NCBI GenBank assembly: GCA_964532205.1
Contig: CAZHGQ010000001.1
Coordinates: 49,962 to 113,961 of the forward strand
Direction: 5' to 3'
Origin: an uncultured Candidatus Saccharibacteria bacterium
GTDB lineage: Bacteria; Patescibacteriota; Minisyncoccia; Phycocordibacterales; JAKAEA01
Length of the DNA: 64,000 nt
Positions 49,711 to 59,156 of the stretch are shown in pieces (position 1 is the stretch's first letter; each line of letters begins with the position of its first letter). Made by a program: the position numbers and the translations under genes. A model generated the notes under the pieces. That model saw nothing but the letters and a program-made list of their open reading frames with translations. It was not told the origin of the DNA and did not search any database.

Positions 49711-50757
49711 TTATTCCTCGTCCTTTTCTGGCTTATCCAGGATTAGGTTCTCGACCTCTAGGCTATCACCGCCTATACGGACGATATCCTTATCGATTTT
49801 CTTATATTCCTTATGGGCAGCATTGTAGTGGTTTACTGTCGTAGAGAGGGCATTTCCGAGCTTAGAATGGTATTCCTGGTACATCTTGAGGTGTTTCTGA
49901 AGCTCACCAACATTCTTCACAATACCCTTCACCGATTCCTCTATTTGCATGGCTTTAAGGCCTTGAAGGACAGTCTGCAAGTAGGCCAAGAATGATGTCG
50001 GTGACACAATAATGACATGGTACTGGCTGGCAGCGCGCTGGATCAGGCTGTCTGTCTCCTCTTTCAAAGCGCCGATTTTATTGATCAATAAATCGTAGTA
50101 AATAGCTTCATGTGGGATAAACATGAAGGCAAAATCCATAGTATTTTCCTTTGGCTGAATATATTTCGACGTCTCAATGATGCGCGTCTTCAAATCATTA
50201 ACAAAGATCTTTTCCAAACGCTCTTTTTCAGCTGGTTCCTTGCATTCAATGATGCGGTTATAGTTTTCCAGAGAAAACTTTGAATCAACGGGAATGACTT
50301 TATCTTTCACAAAAACAGCTGCGTCGACAATTGTGCCATCTGTAAACGGATGCTGCATGCTGAAGCTGCCGGGCGGCAAGACATTTTTGAGCAGGGTTTC
50401 CAAATAGTATTCGCCAAGGATGCCACGCTGTTTAGGATTTTTCAAAATATCCTGTAATGACTGCAGTTGATCGGCAAATGATACAACCTGGCGATTTGTT
50501 TCATCGAGTTTAGTGAGCCCCTCTGTTACGTTACGGATAAGTTTTGATGACTCTGAAAATTGGGTGCGGACAGACTCATTCATCATCTTATTTGATTCAC
50601 TGAGCTTATGATCCATTGTCCGACCAAGTTCATTAATTTGTTGGAGTAATAGCTTAAGACCTGTTTCATCCTGCGGCGGCGTCTGTCTACTGTAGACCAA
50701 AAACATTGTCACCAGCACTGCCACAATAAGGATAAGAAGTAATATCGTAGTTATCAT
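49711..50757 (-). CDS. rmuC: RmuC family protein
   Basis: PKQRGILGE, VDSKF, DFAFMFIPHE, VSPT. Confidence 0.93.
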   Translation of the reverse strand: MITTILLLILIVAVLVTMFLVYSRQTPPQDETGLKLLLQQINELGRTMDHKLSESNKMMNESVRTQFSESSKLIRNVTEGLTKLDETNRQVVSFADQLQSLQDILKNPKQRGILGEYYLETLLKNVLPPGSFSMQHPFTDGTIVDAAVFVKDKVIPVDSKFSLENYNRIIECKEPAEKERLEKIFVNDLKTRIIETSKYIQPKENTMDFAFMFIPHEAIYYDLLINKIGALKEETDSLIQRAASQYHVIIVSPTSFLAYLQTVLQGLKAMQIEESVKGIVKNVGELQKHLKMYQEYHSKLGNALSTTVNHYNAAHKEYKKIDKDIVRIGGDSLEVENLILDKPEKDEE

Positions 50758-50811
50758 GAGGTCATTATAGCAAACTTTACTGGGGACAAAAAAACATTAT
50801 AATTACACATT

Positions 50812-51267
50812 ATGTCACTACAAACCACAATAAAAGAAGAGGTCAAGAATGCCATGAAGGCCAAGGATACACTTAAGCTCAATACGTTGCGTAACCTGAC
50901 TGCCGCCTTCACCAACGAACTCGTAGCTAAGGGTATGAAACCGCAGGAAGATGTGCCTGATGATATGGCTATCAACGTCATAAAACGCTACGTCAAACAG
51001 CGCAAGGATTCTATTGAGCAATTCGAAAAAGGTGGTCGCCAAGACTTAGTGGATTCAGAAAAAGTTGAATTGGCTATTGCCGAAGCTTATCTACCTGCTT
51101 CAATGTCAAAAGAAGATATTAAAAAAGTCGCTGAAGCAAAAAAGACTGAAATGAATGTGACTGACAAATCTAAGATGGGTATGCTCATCGGCGCTGTTTC
51201 TAAAGAGCTCAAGGGCCAGGCTGATGGTGCTGATATTAAAGAAGTGGTGGAAAGTTTGTTCGCTTAG
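50812..51267 (+). CDS. GatB/YqeY domain protein
   Basis: KNAMKAKD, KQRKDSIEQF..GGR.DL, YLP, MG...K.LKGQADG. Confidence 0.93.
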   Translation: MSLQTTIKEEVKNAMKAKDTLKLNTLRNLTAAFTNELVAKGMKPQEDVPDDMAINVIKRYVKQRKDSIEQFEKGGRQDLVDSEKVELAIAEAYLPASMSKEDIKKVAEAKKTEMNVTDKSKMGMLIGAVSKELKGQADGADIKEVVESLFA

Positions 51268-51328
51268 ATCAAAATTTTTTATCTTTTCTTTAGGGAAATT
51301 TTAAAACTGCCATGTTACGCTCCGTGAC

Positions 51329-52516
51329 ATGGCAGTTTTACCTACCGTCAGTCTCAAACGAAAAAATGGCAGCGAAATTGTCGATGAAATTATTCATAAC
51401 GCCTTCAACCTGCACTGTTCTGATATCCACATAGACCCGACAACCACTGAAGTAATTGTTCGATTTCGGATTGATGGCCAACTGATTGTGTATCAAAAAT
51501 TTCAGATTGAATCACACCAAGAAGTTGTCGGCCGCATTAAGTCACTGACTAAATTACCAATTGACGAGCATCGCAAAACTCTCGATGGACGCTTTAAGTG
51601 TGTTTTGCGTGATCAACCAATTGATATTAGGGTGGCCATAACACCTAGTTACTATGGTGAGGCGGTTATTCTGCGATTACTTTATGATCTTCAATCCGTT
51701 CATACCCTGACAGAACTTGGTTTTGAAGCAGAAGATGAGAAATTATTATTTTCAAAACTAGAAAAATCAAGTGGCATGATTCTCATTACCGGGCCAACCG
51801 GTTCCGGTAAAACTACTACGCTCTACACACTTATTAAACAATTACGAACCCAACTGATTTCCATAATAAGTATTGAGGATCCAATCGAATATTCTTTGGC
51901 TGGTATTAGACAAATCCAAACAAATCCTAGTATTGGCCTAACATTTGCCAATGGTTTGCGGAGTATTTTACGACAGGATCCGGATGCAATAATTGTAGGT
52001 GAAATTCGCGATACGGAAACAGCTCAAATTGCCATTAACGCTGCCCTGACAGGTCACTTAATATTGTCATCACTACATACAGTTGATGCGGTTTCTTCCG
52101 TTACCCGTTTGGTGGATATGCACATTGAGCCATATTTAATCGCCTCGACCTTAACTGTTGTTGTGGCACAACGCTTAGTGAGAAAACTTTGCCAAAATTG
52201 TCGAAAAGATCTTACGCCCAATCATTATGTTAATTCCCTATTTTCAAAATATGAATTAGAAAAACCAACTATTATTTTCGAGGCCAACCCTAACGGCTGT
52301 GAACAGTGCACAAAGGGATATAAAGACAGGACAACTATATACGAGATTTTAGAGGTCGACAGCACTATCAGAACCCTTATTCAAACAAAGAAGAGTTTTG
52401 CCAACAAAATGAGTGTGGCCGATCCCCTGTTCGCTTCTGGTTTAAAAAAGGTGGCACTGGGTCTTACTTCAATGAGTGAACTAATGCGATTTAATAATGA
52501 AAATTTTACCGATTAA
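51329..52516 (+). CDS. pilB: Type IV pilus/T2SS assembly ATPase (PilB/GspE), lacking long N-domain
   Basis: SDIHI, GPTGSGKTT, IEDPIE, LRQDPD, TGHL. Confidence 0.88.
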   Translation: MAVLPTVSLKRKNGSEIVDEIIHNAFNLHCSDIHIDPTTTEVIVRFRIDGQLIVYQKFQIESHQEVVGRIKSLTKLPIDEHRKTLDGRFKCVLRDQPIDIRVAITPSYYGEAVILRLLYDLQSVHTLTELGFEAEDEKLLFSKLEKSSGMILITGPTGSGKTTTLYTLIKQLRTQLISIISIEDPIEYSLAGIRQIQTNPSIGLTFANGLRSILRQDPDAIIVGEIRDTETAQIAINAALTGHLILSSLHTVDAVSSVTRLVDMHIEPYLIASTLTVVVAQRLVRKLCQNCRKDLTPNHYVNSLFSKYELEKPTIIFEANPNGCEQCTKGYKDRTTIYEILEVDSTIRTLIQTKKSFANKMSVADPLFASGLKKVALGLTSMSELMRFNNENFTD

Positions 52517-53543
52517 AAAGCAATTACTATTTTTTGAGCGTTTAGCTCTACTTATTCGCTCAAATATAGATCTTTCTGAAGCGGTGCAATTTTTATCAGA
52601 ACACGAGTCAGACAAGGATCTTAAAAAGTTTTTAATAACTTTGCAGTATGGTTTAAACTCAGGCAAAACTATTGGTACTAGTTTACAAAATTCACCATGG
52701 ACAATCACCTCAAACACTGTGGATTTTATTGATTCAGCTTTGATAAATGGGTCACTCGAACAAACACTGGAAGGATTAATAACAGACCTGAGGCGAATCC
52801 AAGATTTAAAACATAAGATTGCCATTACACTTATATACCCAGTGATAATTTTATTGTTAACACTGGGCCTATGCACATTCTTACTACTTTTTGTAGTGCC
52901 AAACCTTGAACATCTTTTTTCTTCAATGCACACTACCTTACCTCTTATTACACGCTCTCTCATTCTTATTTCAAGATTCATCCGTTATCGCTGGTATGTT
53001 ATTTTTATTTTCATTTGTGCATTACTAGCTACTTACCGGCTTATTTTTACTGGCCACAGCGGCAGAAAACGTCTACAAACAGTTTTGATGCGAATACCGA
53101 AATTTAATACCGTGCTGAGAAAATATTATCTGTTGTCGTTTTTTAAAACCTTGCATTTATACTTTTCTCAGCATATTAGCCTTGAACAAAGTTTAACTGT
53201 TTCCGCCCAGCAAACATCAAGCATAGAGTTCAAGCGCACGATTCGCCTCATCAACGCCGATACTGTAACCGGAATATCGCTTGGCGAATCGTGCGCTAAG
53301 CACCCCAAATTTTTTGACAGCCTTACGTTGAATTTAATTCGTTCAGCCGAAAAAAGTGGTTCTCTACAAAATATTTTTCAACATTTGGCGGTAATGTTTG
53401 AAGCAGACATCCATAAAACTATTAAGCTATGGTCAACAATTACCGAGCCGTTGCTCATATCCATTATGGGTTTATGTGTCGGCACAATTGCCCTAGCAAT
53501 TATCTTACCAATGTACCAAATAACCCAGCACCTGAATGCATAG
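52497..53543 (+). CDS. pilC: Type IV pilus platform protein (PilC/GspF)
   Basis: YP..IL, EKSGSL, EP.LI...G, ILPMY. Confidence 0.85.
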   Translation: MKILPIKKQLLFFERLALLIRSNIDLSEAVQFLSEHESDKDLKKFLITLQYGLNSGKTIGTSLQNSPWTITSNTVDFIDSALINGSLEQTLEGLITDLRRIQDLKHKIAITLIYPVIILLLTLGLCTFLLLFVVPNLEHLFSSMHTTLPLITRSLILISRFIRYRWYVIFIFICALLATYRLIFTGHSGRKRLQTVLMRIPKFNTVLRKYYLLSFFKTLHLYFSQHISLEQSLTVSAQQTSSIEFKRTIRLINADTVTGISLGESCAKHPKFFDSLTLNLIRSAEKSGSLQNIFQHLAVMFEADIHKTIKLWSTITEPLLISIMGLCVGTIALAIILPMYQITQHLNA

Positions 53544-54816
53544 ACGCGGCATGATATTAGTTGAGATGATCGTTGGTATTACACTATTCTCTCTTGTCTT
53601 GCTGATTACTCAGGTCGTGATCGGCCAGCACATATCTATTACCCAACTCAACACCTCGCTTCTGGAATCTGCACAGAGTTTAATTACAGCAATTAAAACA
53701 AAGTCAGGAACAGGTAGCGATGTTTCAATCACTAGATTTTTCTTTACACCCTGTTTATTTCAATCAACATTCCAGAGTCGTTATTCAGCGTTAAACCTAA
53801 ATAAAATATATTTTGATGATAGCGAAAATAATAAACGGTATAGCGACTGTCACGGGTATGCTTCACCTTTTAATACTCAGCATGTATCTATCACCTTTTT
53901 GCCGACACCGGTGATTACTCCGGCTTGGTTGGATACGGTTGGTCATTCAATTATCGTCGGTGGTCCCCAAGAAAATAATGCCACATCAACTGTCTATATT
54001 TTTTCCAAAAAAGAAGACGGTGGGTATCTTGCCACAACCCTTGACATGCCCGGCCTGATAAACCAGTTTGATGCCACGCCAAACTCTATTTCAATTGCCA
54101 AGGGTGTGCCCCACCAGTTATATACATTAAATCTGTCACCAGCACCTGGCTCACTTCCAAATAGCTTACCAAATGTATCGGGATCATATCCGGCCGGCCG
54201 CAGCATATTTGTTTACGATAATCATGTGTATGTTGGTACCCACCGTACCGCTGGTAATGAATTTCACATTTTCAAAAACCCCCAACAGCCGCAATGGCTA
54301 GGTTCTTTAGAAATTAATCACAACATCAATCAGATAAGCATTAAGAATACCACCGCTTACCTTGCCACCTCGGGTAACACCGATGACATAATTTTAGTCG
54401 ACATATCAGACCCTTCAGCTCCAAAAAAGATCGGCAGTATACAATTCCCCGGTACTGCAGATACCTTAACTGAATACGTTATTGGCAATACCTTATATGC
54501 CGGTCGACGTTCTAATAAGAAAAGCTCTGAACCAGAATTGATAGCCTGTGACATTAGTAGCACGAGTCCAGCAATTATTTCGAGCAAATATATCTCAAGT
54601 GATATTGTGGGTATTTTGGCCGAAGGTAACTATATATTCTTCATATCAAATTCAATAACAGGGCCATTTTTTGCGGTTTTATATGAAGATTCCGAACACA
54701 TGTTTTCCGAAATATACCGATATATCCTACCTGATATACCAACAGCAATTGATTATCAAAATACTACAGTTTATATAACTCTTAAAAATCATGAGGTTGC
54801 ACTATTTACCTTTTAG
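53536..54816 (+). CDS. Prepilin-like protein with beta-repeat (LVIVD-like) domain
   Basis: RRG-MILVE N-terminus; AYLA..., LVDISDPSAP repeats. Confidence 0.72.
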   Translation: MHRRGMILVEMIVGITLFSLVLLITQVVIGQHISITQLNTSLLESAQSLITAIKTKSGTGSDVSITRFFFTPCLFQSTFQSRYSALNLNKIYFDDSENNKRYSDCHGYASPFNTQHVSITFLPTPVITPAWLDTVGHSIIVGGPQENNATSTVYIFSKKEDGGYLATTLDMPGLINQFDATPNSISIAKGVPHQLYTLNLSPAPGSLPNSLPNVSGSYPAGRSIFVYDNHVYVGTHRTAGNEFHIFKNPQQPQWLGSLEINHNINQISIKNTTAYLATSGNTDDIILVDISDPSAPKKIGSIQFPGTADTLTEYVIGNTLYAGRRSNKKSSEPELIACDISSTSPAIISSKYISSDIVGILAEGNYIFFISNSITGPFFAVLYEDSEHMFSEIYRYILPDIPTAIDYQNTTVYITLKNHEVALFTF

Positions 54817-54991
54817 ACTGCGTTCAACATTCGGTTTGAGTCTTATTGAAGTCTTGGTCTATATGACGGTTTTGAGCCTGTGCACACTATTACTTATTTC
54901 AGCACATGTTGATTTTATTCACTACAACTCAAGACTTAATACACAATTTGAATCAGGTCAGGAATTAATATTAAATCTTTACATGCAATGA
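54791..54991 (+). CDS. Short prepilin-like protein
   Basis: G-LSLIEVLVY motif; start uncertain. Confidence 0.6.
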   Translation: MRLHYLPFRLRSTFGLSLIEVLVYMTVLSLCTLLLISAHVDFIHYNSRLNTQFESGQELILNLYMQ

Positions 54992-55350
54992 AAAAGCGTG
55001 GTTTTGGCATACTCTTACAGGTGGTTTTGCTTTCAGCAATATCTGCATTTATTATCAGCCTGCAAAATGTAAATGTCATCAATTTCCAATTGCAAACACA
55101 ACGTGTTATTCATCGTATTACCAATCACCTGCGTGCTAGAAATTGCGCCGAGATACTTCGTTCACTTGTGGCCCAGAAGCTCACAGCAGAAATTGCTCAT
55201 ATTAACATGCCTGGATGCGAGATAAGAGATCTACAGACTTCAGCCACAACGCTTACTGCTCTTATTTTGATAAATGAAGACACTATTTCATTAGCAGTCA
55301 AAATCGATACTGATACGGGCATATTTACTAGTAGTATGTCTGAATATTAG
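54988..55350 (+). CDS. PilX-like minor pilin
   Basis: MKKRG-F + hydrophobic helix without E5; A..CAE. Confidence 0.6.
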   Translation: MKKRGFGILLQVVLLSAISAFIISLQNVNVINFQLQTQRVIHRITNHLRARNCAEILRSLVAQKLTAEIAHINMPGCEIRDLQTSATTLTALILINEDTISLAVKIDTDTGIFTSSMSEY

Positions 55351-56158
55351 CCACGTGTTGCTGGTACGTCTTTGCGGTATGAATTTGGCCATAGGCATCA
55401 TGCATATAAAAGAGGGCGCTGGTATTGGCCGGATTTAACGCTGCTTTTATAGCTTCTTCACCAGGGTTGGAAATTGGTGCTGGCGGCAAACCTTTATTCT
55501 TGTATGTATTAAATGGTGAATTAATTTTTTTGTCTTCAGGTTTTACCACAGGCCACCATTTACCATCCTGGCCTTTGGCATATTGCAATGTTGCATCAAT
55601 ATCCAAACTCATGCCCTGAAAAAGCCTGTTCCAAATGATTCCAGAAATTAATTTCATATCACTCTTGCCGCCTGCCTCTCGTTGAATAATTGAGGCAATT
55701 TTAATTATTGTATCGGTATTAATTATGCCTTCGCGAAGTTTTTTCTGACTATCAACAACTTCGCTTTTAAATTTTGAGACAATTTCGCGACTGACTTGTT
55801 CTGGTGTGGCTTTAACTGGTACAACATATGTTGTCGGAAAATAATACCCCTCACTTTTACCATTTAAAGCTAGTTTGTGGCTGGCTACCAATTGCTGCTT
55901 TTGAAGCTCTGACCAGCCCAAAGTTTTGGCAAAACGATCAACCACCTCCTCCTGTCTCATGCCCTCGTTTATCTTAACGTACCTAATGGTGGGGTTAGCC
56001 AAGTTTTGGTATATTTGCCAAAAAGCCAAGCCGGTGGCTTGCTGTTGACTAACGAAAAAGATAGCCAGACCAATAAAACAGAGTACTAACGGAATAGAAA
56101 TTGAGAATAAAGCTTTTTTCTTTTTTTTGAAAACCCGTCTATTAATCTGTTTCGGCAT
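55328..56158 (-). CDS. mltG: Endolytic transglycosylase MltG
   Basis: EGYYFPTTY, IASIIQRE, L.IDAT..Y, SPFNTY...GLPPAPISNPG. Confidence 0.93.
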   Translation of the reverse strand: MPKQINRRVFKKKKKALFSISIPLVLCFIGLAIFFVSQQQATGLAFWQIYQNLANPTIRYVKINEGMRQEEVVDRFAKTLGWSELQKQQLVASHKLALNGKSEGYYFPTTYVVPVKATPEQVSREIVSKFKSEVVDSQKKLREGIINTDTIIKIASIIQREAGGKSDMKLISGIIWNRLFQGMSLDIDATLQYAKGQDGKWWPVVKPEDKKINSPFNTYKNKGLPPAPISNPGEEAIKAALNPANTSALFYMHDAYGQIHTAKTYQQHVANIQTYY

Positions 56159-56217
56159 TTTTTCATTATAACGTGTATTGAAACAACAAAAAAGCGGCTA
56201 AAGCCGCTTTTTTGTTG

Positions 56218-56661
56218 TTAACGGGTAATAGATATGGTCTGCCCAAGTTCCGCTGATGGCGCTGTCACGACAATCCGACGAGTATTTACATCCTGATTGA
56301 TTTTATAGCCGGTATTGTAAACCGTATCAGATGTAACTGAACCACTTGTTGGGTCTGTTGGAATTTCAGATAAATAATTTGGCACGAGACAGTTACGAAT
56401 ATTGTATGATTCAGAAGAAATTGCTGTTGCTTCAAATGGAATCTGACCAACAGCGCCACAAGTAAAGACACCTTTATTATCAGCAATGTTTTGGCCTATT
56501 GCGTTGAGTAAGGCCGTAATATTACTTACTCGTTGTGTATTTCGAGCTTGGGCAAATTGCCGAGCTGGATTAACCGCCACCAAAACTACCGCAGCTAAAA
56601 CAGCAATAATACCTATGACTACCAGAATTTCGATAAGTGTAAAACCTTTTTTATTGTTCAT
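56218..56661 (-). CDS. Type IV pilin
   Basis: KKG-FTLIEILVVIGIIAVLA; ARNTQR; IPTDP. Confidence 0.93.
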   Translation of the reverse strand: MNNKKGFTLIEILVVIGIIAVLAAVVLVAVNPARQFAQARNTQRVSNITALLNAIGQNIADNKGVFTCGAVGQIPFEATAISSESYNIRNCLVPNYLSEIPTDPTSGSVTSDTVYNTGYKINQDVNTRRIVVTAPSAELGQTISITR

Positions 56662-56760
56662 ATTATTAATTGCACGTGCAAAGATAGTAAAACATATTAG
56701 ATATCAAAAAATAATAAAATTAAAATAAAAGCCCCGCGCACGAAGTGCGCGGGTCTGGTG

Positions 56761-57666
56761 TTATCGACTCATTTGCTTAAACAGCTCATAGCCGCCAAGG
56801 AATGAATCGGTATTTTTCTGACCATACAATGGCGGAGAATACCGGATAAACACATTATAAGCCCAGGTGGGATCAATGGGCATCTTTTCAGCAAGCATGT
56901 CGCAGAGATTGTAGATACGTGGAATCATAGCATTAGCAACCGTGCCTTTGAAGACAAACTCGGTGCAGTCTGTAATCACGATGAGCGTGGCCATAAAGCG
57001 CGCCAGGCCTTCGGCAAAATCCCGATAGATTTCCTTAGCCCACGGAGCATCCTCCAGATACTGAGCATCAAGAAACTTCATGGGGTGTATCCCATCAGGC
57101 AATATGCGACGCGCCACCTCCCTAACCCGCTGTTCGAGCGAGCGACCACCGATAATCGACTCAACACAGCCGCGAGCTCCGCAGGCGCAGTGCGGCGCAA
57201 ACCGACTGGAATCGATACAGAAATGACCGATCTCACCACGCTCGAAGGCCAGTGAGCCGTCAGCCTGTACAATACGCGCCCCGACCCCACTACTGATCGT
57301 CACCCCAATAAAGCGACGATTTTTCAGCTGTGGAATCAGTTTGCGCATGCCGAGGCAAGCGCCGTCCATGTCGTTAAATACAAATGCTTGTTTGTTAACT
57401 TCATGGAATGTCTCTGTGGCCAAATGCACGCGATTGAGCCAAGGTACATTTGGCGCCTTGATGATGAGATCGTGATTCTCGATAAGACCCGCAGTTACAT
57501 ACACCACACCCGAGCAGTCGCTGGGCATATCCTGCTTCACAAAAGACAGAAGATCGGACACACTGGCCGGTGTTGATTCAACAACAACCAGTTCTCCACC
57601 ATCAGTAACATCTGCGCGACGCGCGCCAGCGCCACCGATATCGATGACCCGAACTTTTTCACTCAT
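56761..57666 (-). CDS. ROK family sugar kinase-like protein
   Basis: IDIGG, FND, SSGVG, GEIGH, CACGARGCVE; GC-richer; GGAGG SD. Confidence 0.88.
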   Translation of the reverse strand: MSEKVRVIDIGGAGARRADVTDGGELVVVESTPASVSDLLSFVKQDMPSDCSGVVYVTAGLIENHDLIIKAPNVPWLNRVHLATETFHEVNKQAFVFNDMDGACLGMRKLIPQLKNRRFIGVTISSGVGARIVQADGSLAFERGEIGHFCIDSSRFAPHCACGARGCVESIIGGRSLEQRVREVARRILPDGIHPMKFLDAQYLEDAPWAKEIYRDFAEGLARFMATLIVITDCTEFVFKGTVANAMIPRIYNLCDMLAEKMPIDPTWAYNVFIRYSPPLYGQKNTDSFLGGYELFKQMSR

Positions 57667-57743
57667 AAAGCCTCCACTAGTAAGAGATGTCAGAAAGCAA
57701 ATCTGGCTGTATATTGCAATATATATAAGTATAAGTCAAACGG

Positions 57744-57815
57744 TGACCTCACGGGGAATCGAACCCCGGTTTAAAGCTTGAGAAGCTTTCGTCCTAGCCG
57801 CTAGACGATGAGGCC
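57744..57815 (-). tRNA. tRNA-Glu (anticodon CUC)
   Basis: GGCCUCA/UGAGGUC acceptor, AAAGC-UU-CUC-AA-GCUUU anticodon arm, GGUUCGAUUCC T-arm; followed by CCG. Confidence 0.96.
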
Positions 57816-57851
57816 AAATACATTGTGTTGCTATCCTACCATTATTCTGTA

Positions 57852-59147
57852 TTACTTCAAATGCTGACGAACCAAAAGCTCAGAAGCGTGGTCGGGGTGT
57901 TGCATCAGACTCTCGACAATTTTTTCCATACGCATTAAATTGCCACCCTTGACCAAAATCACATCGCCCGTTTTAACCGCATTAGCCAATAGCAAACCAA
58001 CTTCATCAACATTTTCAAATTGTAAGATTGCACCTTCGGGTAAGCCGGCATCGAGCGCACCTTCAGCAATGGCTCGAGCCCGCACACCGACAGTTACAAG
58101 TAACGTGGCCACGCCTTTAATCAAACCGCCAATATATTTGTGAGCCTCTATTGACTGTTTGCCTAAGTGCAACATATCACCGAAGATCACAATCTTACGT
58201 CCCAGTGCCCGCACATGAAGCAGTGTGGCCAAAGCTTGTTCACAACCGACAGGTGAAGAGCTGTACGAGTCATCGAGAATAAGGGTATTTTTTATGCCGG
58301 GGATGATGCGGAGGCGGCCGCGCGGCGGCTGGTATGACCCTAAAGCCTGAGCTACGGTCAAAGGCGACATCGACAACGAAACACCGACACTGAAGGCCGC
58401 CAGAATTGGATAAATATGATGTTGGCCCAATGCCCCCTGAACAGTAACCGCATAGTTTCCCCCACCATAATTAATTGTGCAACGTACTCCAATTGGAAAT
58501 TCAATTTCGGAATTTTCTAAAGGTCCATAAACAATTTCCTCTGTTGAAATATGAACAGCTTGTCGTGGTGATGTGCCAAAGACTAACAGCTTGTCATTAC
58601 CAACATCGGCCAGAGTCATTAAATCTTTATCGTCACCGTTTATGATGAGTACACCCTCTTTTTTCAGACTTGAAGCAATGTGCTTTTTTTCTTTCAACAA
58701 TTCTTCAGTCGACAAAAAGTATTCAATGCTTGAAGGAATTTTACCCAAACGGGTCATAACGACCATATCTGCTGAAAGCCATTTAGAAATTTTTTCCAAA
58801 ACACCTGGACGATAGGCACCAACCTCAATTATGAGCCACTGTGGAAATGTAATAGTGTAAAGAGAAAGAAAAAAACCTTCAATGATCTGTAGCAACCACA
58901 GAATAGGATTTTTATTATGACGTTTTAAACCCAAGACCGTCAGAGCAATGCCGAGCACGTCATTGGTATCATCTAAACTGCGTCGAACGGTGTAATTAGT
59001 TTTAAGGACCGATTCAATGGCAATAACTGTTGAGGTTTTACCGACAGAGCCATTCACTACCACAACCTTTGGTTGATACTTAGCTAAAACCCGGCGGGCC
59101 TCCCACACAAAAATGGTGGTGAGAATGTTTTTAAAAAATTCAATCAT
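57852..59147 (-). CDS. murF: MurF-like Mur ligase
   Basis: GSVGKTS, PRGRL, DDSY.SSP, GDMLHLG, ILVKG. Confidence 0.85.
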   Translation of the reverse strand: MIEFFKNILTTIFVWEARRVLAKYQPKVVVVNGSVGKTSTVIAIESVLKTNYTVRRSLDDTNDVLGIALTVLGLKRHNKNPILWLLQIIEGFFLSLYTITFPQWLIIEVGAYRPGVLEKISKWLSADMVVMTRLGKIPSSIEYFLSTEELLKEKKHIASSLKKEGVLIINGDDKDLMTLADVGNDKLLVFGTSPRQAVHISTEEIVYGPLENSEIEFPIGVRCTINYGGGNYAVTVQGALGQHHIYPILAAFSVGVSLSMSPLTVAQALGSYQPPRGRLRIIPGIKNTLILDDSYSSSPVGCEQALATLLHVRALGRKIVIFGDMLHLGKQSIEAHKYIGGLIKGVATLLVTVGVRARAIAEGALDAGLPEGAILQFENVDEVGLLLANAVKTGDVILVKGGNLMRMEKIVESLMQHPDHASELLVRQHLK

Positions 59148-59156
59148 AGTATTTTT

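Noticed and set aside
51329-55350. Type IV pilus cluster as a novel system
   Set aside because: Type IV pili are standard in CPR; only the short ATPase and divergent minor pilins stand out.
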